Origin: Myxococcota bacterium
Lineage (GTDB): Bacteria; Myxococcota; XYA12-FULL-58-9; JALHOP01
Assembly: GCA_041288095.1 (NCBI GenBank)
Contig: JBGGMJ010000072.1
Coordinates: 1-19,823 of the forward strand
Direction: 5' to 3'
DNA: 19,823 nt
Part shown: positions 8,462 to 16,926 of the stretch, piece by piece
How positions within the stretch are numbered: position 1 is the first letter of the stretch
Layout of the letters: each line of letters starts with the position of its first letter
Program-made: the position numbers and the translations under genes
Notes under the pieces: generated by a model
The model's input: only the letters and a program-made list of their open reading frames with translations
Databases searched by the model: none
Told to the model about the DNA's origin: nothing

Positions 8462-8650
8462 CGTGGACCTCGGTGCCGAGAGTAACGGCACGAGAGTCCG
8501 CCTAAGCGAACAGCGTGCCAAAGCACGCCGCCGGCTTAAGTGCGCGTTCTAGCTTGGTCGGCTACTCGAGCGTTGAGGAGCACGGACCACAACGTGGGTG
8601 TGCAGCCCCCACGCATTCGTCCCCCCTACCATCCGGAAAACGCCCGACAA

Positions 8651-9850
8651 TCAGAGCGAAGCAGTGGCCTGGCCGCCGTTCACCGACGACTTCGAAGGCG
8701 CGTCCTTCTTCGATGGGGCCGAGCCCCTCACGTACTGGCGGAACAGCACATAGAGCGGCGCCGAGACCGCGATGGTCGAGTAGCTGCCGAGCACGATGCC
8801 CACGGTCATGCAGAGCGCGAAGTCGCGCGTGACCGTGCCGCCGAAGATGAGGATGGCGAGGACGACCGCGAGCGTCGCGAACGAGGTGATGAGGGTACGC
8901 GCCAGGGTCTCGTTGATCGAGGTGTCGACCAGCGCCTTCAAGTCGCGTCCGCGCAAACGGACCATATTTTCGCGTACGCGGTCGAAGATGACGATGGTGT
9001 CGTTGAGCGAGTAACCCATGAGCGTGAGGATGGCCGCGACGATGGGCAGATTGAACTCGATCTGGAAGACCGAGAAGAAGCCCATGATGATGACGGCGTC
9101 GTGCACGAGCGTGATGACGGCACCCGGTGCGAAGAAGAAGTCGAAGCGCAAGGCGATGTAGAAGAGGATGAAGATCATCGAGTAGATGACCGCGAGGATG
9201 CCTTGGTTGCGCAGCTGCGCGCCGACCTGCGGGCCGACGAACTCGGTGCGCTGCACGAGCTGGTGGTCGGCTGGGATCTCGAAGGCCTTCACCAAGGCGC
9301 CCTGCACCTTGTCGGCGACCGAGATCAGCTCGACGACGTATTCGGGACGATCGACGCGCTCCCCGGCGTTGATGCGCTTCACTTCGAGAGCGTATTTGCC
9401 GAGGACGCCCTTCAGCTGCTCTTCCGTGACCGGCTTGGTGAAGCCGACGATGATGTTCTCACCGCTCTCGGCGACCGAGAAGTTGCCAACGCCGGTCTCG
9501 CCACCGGCGAGCGCTTCGATGTCGTGCTTGAGCTGGGTGCGTTGCTCTTCGGTGAGCGCGCTCTCTTGGCGCACCAGCACCAAGAACTCGTTCGCCGAGG
9601 CGTCGCCGTAGCGTTGGACGCGCGAGTCACCGAGCCCGAGCGACTCGACGACCTTCTGGACCTTCTCTTCTTCGACCTTCTTGTCGAACTTCACCTGGAG
9701 CTCGTAGCCGCCGGCGAAGTCGATGCCGAAGTTGATACCGCGAGTGAACAGCGACACCACGCTGATGACCAGCATCGCCGCGGAGATGGCGATGTAGACC
9801 CGGTTCAACGACATCCATTGGACGGTGGGCTGCTTGGCAAGAAAACGCAT
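8651..9850 (-). CDS. secF: Protein translocase subunit SecF
   Basis: GINFGIDFAGG, VGPQVGAQL, YIALRF, LVHD, GYSLNDTIVIFDRVREN, SINETLARTLITS. RBS GAGG; follows secD. Confidence 0.97.
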   Translation of the reverse strand: MRFLAKQPTVQWMSLNRVYIAISAAMLVISVVSLFTRGINFGIDFAGGYELQVKFDKKVEEEKVQKVVESLGLGDSRVQRYGDASANEFLVLVRQESALTEEQRTQLKHDIEALAGGETGVGNFSVAESGENIIVGFTKPVTEEQLKGVLGKYALEVKRINAGERVDRPEYVVELISVADKVQGALVKAFEIPADHQLVQRTEFVGPQVGAQLRNQGILAVIYSMIFILFYIALRFDFFFAPGAVITLVHDAVIIMGFFSVFQIEFNLPIVAAILTLMGYSLNDTIVIFDRVRENMVRLRGRDLKALVDTSINETLARTLITSFATLAVVLAILIFGGTVTRDFALCMTVGIVLGSYSTIAVSAPLYVLFRQYVRGSAPSKKDAPSKSSVNGGQATASL

Positions 9851-9864
9851 GAGTTACCTCGGCC

Positions 9865-11652
9865 TCAGATGCTCAGCGTCTGCACGCGGCGGCGGTTGAT
9901 GAAGAAGTCGAAGATGACGCGAGTGAACACGACGGCGGTGAAGAGCGAGCAGATGATGCCGACGATGAGCGATACGGCGAAGCCGCGCACCGGGCCCGTA
10001 CCGTACTGCATGAGCACGACGCCGGAGATGAGCGTAGTAACGTTCGAGTCGAAGATACTGCTGAACGCCTTCTGATAACCGGCATCGACAGCGGCGCGCA
10101 CCGGCTTACCGGCGGCGAGCTCGTCACGTATGCGCTCGAAGATGAGCACGTTGGAGTCGACCGCCATGCCGACGGTGAGCACGATGCCCGCCATACCGGG
10201 CAAGGTCAGCGTCGCCTCGAAGAGCGACAGCACCGCCATGAGCAGGAAGATGTTGAGCACCAGCGCGAGGTCCGCGATGACGCCCGACAAGCGGTAGTAG
10301 AGCAGCATGAAGATGATGAGGAAGCCGGTGCCGACGATGATGGCGATGCTGCCGTCGTGCACCGCCTGGTCACCCAAGGTGCGGCCGACTTGGCGCTTCT
10401 CGGAGACCTCGACGGGAGCCGGGAGCGCGCCCGACTTCAAGACGAGCGCGAGGTTCTTGGCCTCCTCGAGCTCGTAGCGCGGATCGCCGGAGCCCAAGGT
10501 GATGCGGGCGTGGCCGCCGCCGATCTTTTCGCTGATGGACGGCGCGCTGTTGACGTTGCCGTCGAGCACGATGGCCATGCGGCGCTTCACGTTGTCCGCC
10601 GTCAGCTTCTCGAAGACCTTGGCGCCCTCGGGATCGAACTCGATGCCGACGTGATGGCGCGAGCGGACTTCCTGGTCCTGCTGAACGGTGGCGTTGATCA
10701 GATAATCACCGGTGATGCCGGCGCGCGCGTCGAGCACGTAGGTGCGGAAGGTCTCGTTGCGCTGCGAGGCGGCGCCCCGCTTCTCGCCGATGCGGCCGAA
10801 GGCGATGTCGCGGTTACCCGGGATCTTCGTCGCGAGTAGGTCCTTGACCGCGTTACGCTCGGACGCCGGCAGCTCGAAGTAGACCTCGCGCATGCTCTGG
10901 CCGTTGGGACCTTCAAGGAGGTCCTCACGCTTGACGACGCCCGCCGGCAAGTCGGCGATGCTGTCGAAGGCGGCGGTCGCCTCGGTATCGACGATCTTGA
11001 ACTCGAGCTGCGCGGTGCGGCCGATGACGTCGATGGCGCGCTCCGGATCTTTCACGCCCGGGAGCTGCACCAGGATGCTGTTGGTGCCGCGCTTGGCGAT
11101 TTGCGGCTCGGTGACGCCGAGCTTGTCGGCGCGGTTGCGGATGACGTTGATCGCCTGATCGACCGCGTTGGTGCGCACGGCCTCGGCTTCCTGCGGTACG
11201 AGCTCGAGATGCATGGTCGCGCCATCGCGGCTCGCCATGTTGAGGACCGTGAAGTCACGCGCGAGCAAGGTGCGGGCGCTCTCGACGTTGGTGTCGGGTG
11301 CCAGCTCGAGCACCAGCTCGCTCTGGTCACGCGGACGGTCGAGCTTGGTGAAGGCGATGTTGTCCTTCTTGAGCCCTTCGCGCAGCGCGTCGGCGACGCG
11401 GTCGAGGCGCTGCTCGATGGCCTTCTCGACGCGGACGGTCATGACCAGGTGCACGCCGCCCTGGAGGTCGAGACCCAGGTTGAAGATCTTGCAGTGCGAC
11501 CAGGCGGGTAGCGACTTGCAGAAGACGTCGCGGTCGTCCTTCTGCTCCTGCGTCGCGCCGCCGTAGTACTCGACCGAGGGATACAGCATGAAGGCCGCGG
11601 CGCCGATGACACCGACGACGAAGATCAGACGAAGCACCCAGTTGCTGTTCAT
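9865..11652 (-). CDS. secD: Protein translocase subunit SecD
   Basis: LGLDLQGGVHL, IRNRADKLGVTEPQI, ILVQLPG, TAQLEF, MAIVLDG, LKSGALPAP, ATLTLPGMAGIVLTVGMAVDSNVLIFERIRDE, DSNVTT, GPVRGFAVSL. Confidence 0.97.
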   Translation of the reverse strand: MNSNWVLRLIFVVGVIGAAAFMLYPSVEYYGGATQEQKDDRDVFCKSLPAWSHCKIFNLGLDLQGGVHLVMTVRVEKAIEQRLDRVADALREGLKKDNIAFTKLDRPRDQSELVLELAPDTNVESARTLLARDFTVLNMASRDGATMHLELVPQEAEAVRTNAVDQAINVIRNRADKLGVTEPQIAKRGTNSILVQLPGVKDPERAIDVIGRTAQLEFKIVDTEATAAFDSIADLPAGVVKREDLLEGPNGQSMREVYFELPASERNAVKDLLATKIPGNRDIAFGRIGEKRGAASQRNETFRTYVLDARAGITGDYLINATVQQDQEVRSRHHVGIEFDPEGAKVFEKLTADNVKRRMAIVLDGNVNSAPSISEKIGGGHARITLGSGDPRYELEEAKNLALVLKSGALPAPVEVSEKRQVGRTLGDQAVHDGSIAIIVGTGFLIIFMLLYYRLSGVIADLALVLNIFLLMAVLSLFEATLTLPGMAGIVLTVGMAVDSNVLIFERIRDELAAGKPVRAAVDAGYQKAFSSIFDSNVTTLISGVVLMQYGTGPVRGFAVSLIVGIICSLFTAVVFTRVIFDFFINRRRVQTLSI

Positions 11653-12044
11653 CGAGCGGCCTCCGCAGCCTTGCTATCGGTCTTCTCGAGCTTTTCCGCC
11701 TTACCGGGCTTGGTGTCGGAGGTCGCGGTCGCGGTCGGCCAGCGTCCGCTGATGCGGTCACGCAGCATCTTCACTTTGACCCTGTCGGCGATCTCGATGG
11801 TCGCGACCTTGTCGTCGAGGGCGATGATCTTGCCCCACATGCCGCCGCTGGTGACGATCTCGTCGTCCTTCTTCAAGGCGGTGAGCAGCTCGGCGTGCTC
11901 ACGCCGCTGCTTGTTCGCTGGGCGGATGAGCAGGAAGTAAACCACCGCGAACATGAGGCCGATCATCACGAAGCTGGAGATCTGGCTCATAGGGCCGCCC
12001 GAAGCTTGGGCAAGCAAAATTTGGCTTAAAAAGTGCGGAAGCAT
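11649..12044 (-). CDS. yajC: Preprotein translocase subunit YajC
   Basis: YFLLIRP..KQ, LKKDDEIVTSGGMWGKI. The stop overlaps the secD start (ATGA). The start at ATG 12044 is a best guess. Confidence 0.93.
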   Translation of the reverse strand: MLPHFLSQILLAQASGGPMSQISSFVMIGLMFAVVYFLLIRPANKQRREHAELLTALKKDDEIVTSGGMWGKIIALDDKVATIEIADRVKVKMLRDRISGRWPTATATSDTKPGKAEKLEKTDSKAAEAAR

Positions 12045-12308
12045 GCGGGGCGCGGCGTAGCACAGCGGTGTCACAAAGAGCAATGCGAACGCGATCGGCC
12101 AAGGTACTTGCGACGCCGTGACACGGTTTTCGGGACCGAAATGGGCCCTTGGAGCCCACTATTTCAGCAACTTCCACTCTCACGGGTCACCAGCTAACCC
12201 CCTGAGACAAATTGTGAAGTTACAGCAATGACTCGCAGGCAACTCGGCAAAAACACGCCCGATATCCCTTGGGCGCGGTTTTCGTCCCTTCTGTACCGGG
12301 AGCTTTTC

Positions 12309-14891
12309 GTGAGTTCTTTGTCGCTCGAGCGTGTCAGCCCCCTCACCGTCATTGCCTCAAGCAAAGAACCCATCTCGAGCGCCCTCATCGCCGAGGCAAC
12401 GGCCAAGACGAAAAAACCGGAGCAAGCCGCCCTTCAGGCTCGCCGCGAGCTCCGCGAGATCATCGACACCAAGGTGCTCGGTGACAAGACGCCCGAGGTC
12501 ACTCCCGAGCTCGCCGCCGAGCTTGCCAAGATCGAAAGCATCGAGAAGGTCCGCCCGCTGAACAACCTCGCGGCCGAGATGTTCGCCCACCGCATTCCAC
12601 CGGCCGAGTCCGTGATCGTGCCGTCGAGGGGTGTCCAGGCCGGCTCGCACGCGCTCCAGGCACTCGTCCTCGGCGCCCGCGCCGCCATGGAAGGCCAGCT
12701 CGCTACCGACACCGAGGAACAGAAGGCCAGCAAGGCCGGCGTCCTCGAGCTGCTGGGCGACGTCGCAACGTCCGCGCAGGTGAGCTTCTTGCTCAGCGCT
12801 TGGGCGAGCTTTGCCAAGCCGGCCGGCAGCGGCAAATTCACGGTTCCGAACGAGATCCTGCCCGACCTCGCCGAAGGCATGCGGGCGATGCACCAAGCGA
12901 TGACCGCGCTTACGCCGGAGGCGCTGAAGCTCGCGCTCGGCGCCATCGCCGGCAAGATGAACGGCCTCCCCGGGCTCATGCCGGGCATGGGCGGCGCCGA
13001 AGGCGGCAAGGTCGCGGCCAAGCTCACCCCCGAGCAGCTCGAAGCGAAGAAGAAGGCCGCTGAAGCGGACATGAAGCGCCCGATCGGCGGCCTCGACCAA
13101 GGCAAGCTCGAGGAGCTCTACGGCAAGCTCAACGTGGCGTCGCGCGCCGGCGAGTTCGTCTACGGCGTCCGCAAGGCCCGCCCCGCTTGGTACCGCGAGG
13201 TCGTGAACGTCGTCCGCGCGCATCCGGTGACGATGCAGCTCGAGCCGATCATCCACCGCATCCTCGGCAACATCGCGGCGCAGCAGCGCGAAGTCGAGAC
13301 GACGTTCGCCGGCCGCGAGATCAGCAAGGAGCTCCTCGCGAGCAACACGGACAAGCAGCTCGCGGCGCTCTACCACGCGGCCCGCGAGGTCGCCGACGCC
13401 CTCGGCGCCGGTCCAGACCTGTCGCTCTTGCGCACGCCGAGCCTCACCCCGAACGCCTACGTTTACATGGCGAACTTCGACGCCCCGCGCGTCGTCGTAC
13501 ACGATGCGTTCGTGCGCATGTGCTGGGACAGCGAGACCAAGGACTTCATCAAGATTGGCATCAAGGACGGTCAAGCCGTGCCGGCGAATACGCCCGGCGC
13601 CGAGATCATCCCGATCGGTAAGCTGGTCTTCCAGGACGTCGTCGGTCACGAGCTTGGCCACATTCGCGACGGCATCCCCTTCACCCGCATCGCGCTGGGC
13701 GTGCTCACCGGCAACGCCATGCGCAACGCCGCCAGCGCGACCGACAAGGCCGCCGCCCACGAGCACAGCGCCGGCTGCCAGTGCGGGCTCCAGGCGGAGA
13801 CCGCGGGCTTCGACGACATCCTGGCCAAGGTGATGGCGGACCCATCGATCCAGAAGTTCCTGCCGCAGGGTGGCGCGACCGACAAGGTCGAGGTCTTGCA
13901 AGACCGCCTGGAAGACCTCTTGGGCGCCAAGCTCATGAAGGAGACCGCCGGCGGCGCCAGCGGGCTCTTCTCGCAGCTGACCCGCGAGGCCGAAGCCACG
14001 GCGGACCAGCTCTCGACCATGCATCGCGGCACCGGCAAGCACCTGGCCATGTTCTTCGACATCATTCGTCGCGCCTCGAGCGCCGGCACCTCGGCGGAGC
14101 GTGAGGACTTGATGATCGAGTCCTTCAATCGCGATCTCGTCGCCGAGCTCAAGAGCACGATGCTGCGCGCGCAGAAGACCGCGTTCAACGGCCAAGCAGC
14201 GCTCGGCGGCTCGTCGTCGCACCCGCCGGAAGCCTTCCGCGCCATCGGCAACGCTCAGTTCGCCGACACCCTGCCGGCGAAGATCGCCTCGGTCTACCGC
14301 GCCCTGCCCCCGCAATTCCGTACCGTGGCCGCGGCGGTCGCCATCGACGCCGGCATCGAACGGCAAGAGGACATCATGTCCGCGTTCTCGTCGAGCATGT
14401 CGGCGCACACCGACAAGGTCTTCGAGTCGGTCGTCAGCGAGGCACGCCACGAGGACCTCTTGAAGCGACTGTCGATCGTCACCGGCGCGCTCGCCGAGCT
14501 CGCGTTCCGCGACGGCGTCCGCTTGAAGGAAGGCGAGCCCGACGGCTTCGTCTTCGAGATCATCCAGTTCATCCGCAGCATCGCGGGCCAGCTGTTCGCG
14601 CAGCACGCCGAGCCGGGTGACAGCGAGCTCCTCGCCGATGTCGAGCCGATGCGCCCCGCGCAGGGCGTCAACACCTACGAGCAGCTCGCGGTCGAGCTCG
14701 CCAAGCGCGTCGCCGAGGCCGGCGAGAAGATGCCGGCCGAGGAGCGCAAGCTGTGGCTGACCGCCATCGGCATGCTCAAGAAGAGCGCCTCCGAAGGCGA
14801 AGAGCAGCTCAAGGAATCGCGCCAGGAAGCCAAGGCTCGCACCGCTAAAGCGGTCATGTCGAGCAGCGCGCGCAGTCGATCACGCAGCTAG
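12309..14891 (+). CDS. Large (~860 aa) M48-like zinc metalloprotease with long uncharacterised helical extensions
   Basis: Ordered M48 motifs: TPNAYV...RVVVHDAF, VVGHELGH (13647-13661), REAEATAD (~13983-14006), SHP...R (~14217-14240). Start moved to the in-frame GTG at 12309, which is preceded by GGGAG. Confidence 0.72.
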   Translation: MSSLSLERVSPLTVIASSKEPISSALIAEATAKTKKPEQAALQARRELREIIDTKVLGDKTPEVTPELAAELAKIESIEKVRPLNNLAAEMFAHRIPPAESVIVPSRGVQAGSHALQALVLGARAAMEGQLATDTEEQKASKAGVLELLGDVATSAQVSFLLSAWASFAKPAGSGKFTVPNEILPDLAEGMRAMHQAMTALTPEALKLALGAIAGKMNGLPGLMPGMGGAEGGKVAAKLTPEQLEAKKKAAEADMKRPIGGLDQGKLEELYGKLNVASRAGEFVYGVRKARPAWYREVVNVVRAHPVTMQLEPIIHRILGNIAAQQREVETTFAGREISKELLASNTDKQLAALYHAAREVADALGAGPDLSLLRTPSLTPNAYVYMANFDAPRVVVHDAFVRMCWDSETKDFIKIGIKDGQAVPANTPGAEIIPIGKLVFQDVVGHELGHIRDGIPFTRIALGVLTGNAMRNAASATDKAAAHEHSAGCQCGLQAETAGFDDILAKVMADPSIQKFLPQGGATDKVEVLQDRLEDLLGAKLMKETAGGASGLFSQLTREAEATADQLSTMHRGTGKHLAMFFDIIRRASSAGTSAEREDLMIESFNRDLVAELKSTMLRAQKTAFNGQAALGGSSSHPPEAFRAIGNAQFADTLPAKIASVYRALPPQFRTVAAAVAIDAGIERQEDIMSAFSSSMSAHTDKVFESVVSEARHEDLLKRLSIVTGALAELAFRDGVRLKEGEPDGFVFEIIQFIRSIAGQLFAQHAEPGDSELLADVEPMRPAQGVNTYEQLAVELAKRVAEAGEKMPAEERKLWLTAIGMLKKSASEGEEQLKESRQEAKARTAKAVMSSSARSRSRS

Positions 14892-14912
14892 GGCTTTAAC
14901 GGGCTAACAGAC

Positions 14913-14956
14913 AAGGGGCGGTGATGCGGGTTCGCGTCGCCGCCCCTTCGTCGTTT
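14913..14956 (+). terminator. Intrinsic terminator-like hairpin between convergent genes
   Basis: AAGGGGCGGTGATGCG-GGTT-CGCGTCGCCGCCCCTT: 16-pair stem with two G.U pairs on +, followed by CGTCGTTT. Confidence 0.65.
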
Positions 14957-15681
14957 CACACCCCGACCGACTGACCTCGCTCGCCGCCTTCCGGCCGGCG
15001 CGTATCGCCGGGGTCCTCGACGAGATTCACCGGCGCGAGCCACGGCGGGAACAGGACCTCGTCGACGAAGCGCTCACCCAGCAAGCGCCTTACGACTTTC
15101 ATGCCGTGCTGGTCGTCACGGTGGGCGCGCACGTAACGCGAGCGTTGCTCGAGTCGCGCGCCCTGGTTGTCGACCGAACGGCGCACCGCCAGATCGACGA
15201 AGGCACGTGTCATCATCGCCATCCGCAGGTCGAGATCGAGCGGCAAGGCGTCGAAACGACCGACAAACGCCGAAGCGGACAGCTGGTCGCGAGCCCAACG
15301 AGCGGGATCGGGAGCCGATGGATGCCAGTCGGAGCCCAGCGCCTGGGCGATACGCGGCTCGTCGCTCCGCGACGTCGGCGATAGATCGAGCGCCACCACC
15401 CACTGAGCCATGACGCCCGGCCGCACGATGTCGACGCCGTAGATCGGTTGCGCCGTGACACAGGTCGGCAGCACCAGCGCGTTGTCGACCTTCAAGGACG
15501 GGCTGTCGATCTGCACGAAACGCGCGTAGGCAACCGTGCCGCCGCTGTAGGCACGCGCGCGCACGGAGAACGCCTTGCCGCGATAGTCGACCGACATGCT
15601 CGCAAGTGACGGCGCGATGACCCGGGGTGTGAGACCCAACGCTCCCACCAATGTAGCTTCGACGTTCTCCAACAAGCTCAT
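14956..15681 (-). CDS. Ferredoxin-dependent bilin reductase (PcyA/PebA/PebB/HY2/RCCR fold)-like protein
   Basis: Motif order matches the family as recalled: LKVDNALVLP...PIYGVDIV...VALDLSPT...RWARDQLS..AFVGR...RY....DD....VVRRLLG..FVDEVLFP, compared with PcyA-type ILHCVxFP...PxFGCDIV...IADLSPT...W..IFS...R...Y...NDKTRRVLEKAFG...YxxxVLF. Start at ATG 15681. Recognised by eye only. Confidence 0.72.
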   Translation of the reverse strand: MSLLENVEATLVGALGLTPRVIAPSLASMSVDYRGKAFSVRARAYSGGTVAYARFVQIDSPSLKVDNALVLPTCVTAQPIYGVDIVRPGVMAQWVVALDLSPTSRSDEPRIAQALGSDWHPSAPDPARWARDQLSASAFVGRFDALPLDLDLRMAMMTRAFVDLAVRRSVDNQGARLEQRSRYVRAHRDDQHGMKVVRRLLGERFVDEVLFPPWLAPVNLVEDPGDTRRPEGGERGQSVGV

Positions 15682-15813
15682 CCCGTTTCCCAATGCGACT
15701 CGACCAACCGTACGATGTTGTTGCCCTCCTCTGTCGGCAAGTACGGGGCGCGATATGCCACATGGCCCCCGAGAGAACGGGCCTCGGGCAGAGCCATGGT
15801 GTCGGCGAGCAGG

Positions 15814-16926
15814 TCACGGATCCGCGACCAAAGTAGGTCCGATCTCGCCGAGGAACGCAGCCGGGTCGAAGTCGCCACGGTCGAGCGCCTCGCGCATGCG
15901 CCGCATGAGCCGGAGGTAGAACGCGACGTTGTGAATGGTGGCGAGACGATGAAACGTCAGCTCGCCCGCGATGAACAGATGGCGCAGGTAAGCACGGCTG
16001 AAGTTGCGGCAAGTGTGGCAGTCGCACTGCGGATCGAGCGCCTGTTCGCTCTTCTGGTGCATGGCGTTCTTGATGTTGACCTTGCCACCCGCGACGAACA
16101 ACGAGCCGTTGCGCGCGTTGCGACTCGGCATCACGCAGTCGAACATGTCGACACCGGCGGCGACGCCGCGCACCAGATCCGCCGGGGTGCCTACTCCCAT
16201 CAAGTAACGAGGCTTGCTTGCCGGCAATAGCGGAGCCGTATGCGCGACGATGGAGGCGATGGCGTCGGGAGCCTCGCCAACCGACACGCCGCCGATGGCG
16301 AACCCCGGAAACGGCAGCTCGCCCATGACGCGCGCGTGCTCTTCTCGCAGGTCGGGATAGATGCCGCCCTGGACGATGCCGAACCAGGAGACCTCCGGAC
16401 GCTTCACGGCGTCGAGACAGCGCTTGGCCCACGCGGTCGTACGATTGACGGCGCGCTGCACCTGCTCGCGGTCGGCCTGCCCCGGAGGGCACTCGTCGAG
16501 CACCATGGCGACGTCGGGCCCCAAGTCTTCCTGCACCTCGACCAGCTTCTCGGGGGAGAGATCGATGGGACTGCCGTCGATATGCGACTTGAAGCGCACG
16601 CTGCGGTCATCGATGTCGCGCAGCTCGGCCAGGCTGAACACTTGAAAGCCGCCGCTGTCCGTGAGGATGGCCCCCGGATATCCGCTAAAGCGGTGCAGCC
16701 CACCCATATCGCGAACGACCTTGGAGCCCGGCCGGAGCATCAGGTGATAGGCGTTGTTCAAGATCATGCGCGCGCCGAGCTCGCCGAGGTCGCGGAAATC
16801 GAGAGCCTTGACGGTGGCAAGGGTGCCGACCGGCATGAACACGGGAGTTTCGACCACGCCGTGCAGCGTGGTGAGGCGGCCTCGTCGAGCGCGGCCGACG
16901 GTCTTGTCGAGCGTGAATGAGATCAT
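15814..16926 (-). CDS. tgt: tRNA-guanine(34) transglycosylase
   Basis: ETPVFMPVGT, NAYHLMLRPG, TDSGGFQVFSL, FGIVQGG, IGGVSVGE, KPRYLMGVG, GVDMFDCVMPSRNARNG, zinc site CDCHTC...H. Start at ATG 16926 overlaps the queA stop (ATGA). Confidence 0.97.
   Translation of the reverse strand: MISFTLDKTVGRARRGRLTTLHGVVETPVFMPVGTLATVKALDFRDLGELGARMILNNAYHLMLRPGSKVVRDMGGLHRFSGYPGAILTDSGGFQVFSLAELRDIDDRSVRFKSHIDGSPIDLSPEKLVEVQEDLGPDVAMVLDECPPGQADREQVQRAVNRTTAWAKRCLDAVKRPEVSWFGIVQGGIYPDLREEHARVMGELPFPGFAIGGVSVGEAPDAIASIVAHTAPLLPASKPRYLMGVGTPADLVRGVAAGVDMFDCVMPSRNARNGSLFVAGGKVNIKNAMHQKSEQALDPQCDCHTCRNFSRAYLRHLFIAGELTFHRLATIHNVAFYLRLMRRMREALDRGDFDPAAFLGEIGPTLVADP

Noticed and set aside
12270-12286. Possible sigma54 -24/-12 promoter (GGGCGCG-GTTT-TCGT) before the protease
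   Set aside because: The -12 GC dinucleotide is not conserved.
12357-14606. Long antisense or alternate-frame ORFs (e.g. 12357-14606, 1749-3137, 8540-10075, 7181-8485, 15116-16492, 525-1400)
   Set aside because: They overlap well-supported genes and lack motifs. They are the expected shadows of high GC3 codon usage.
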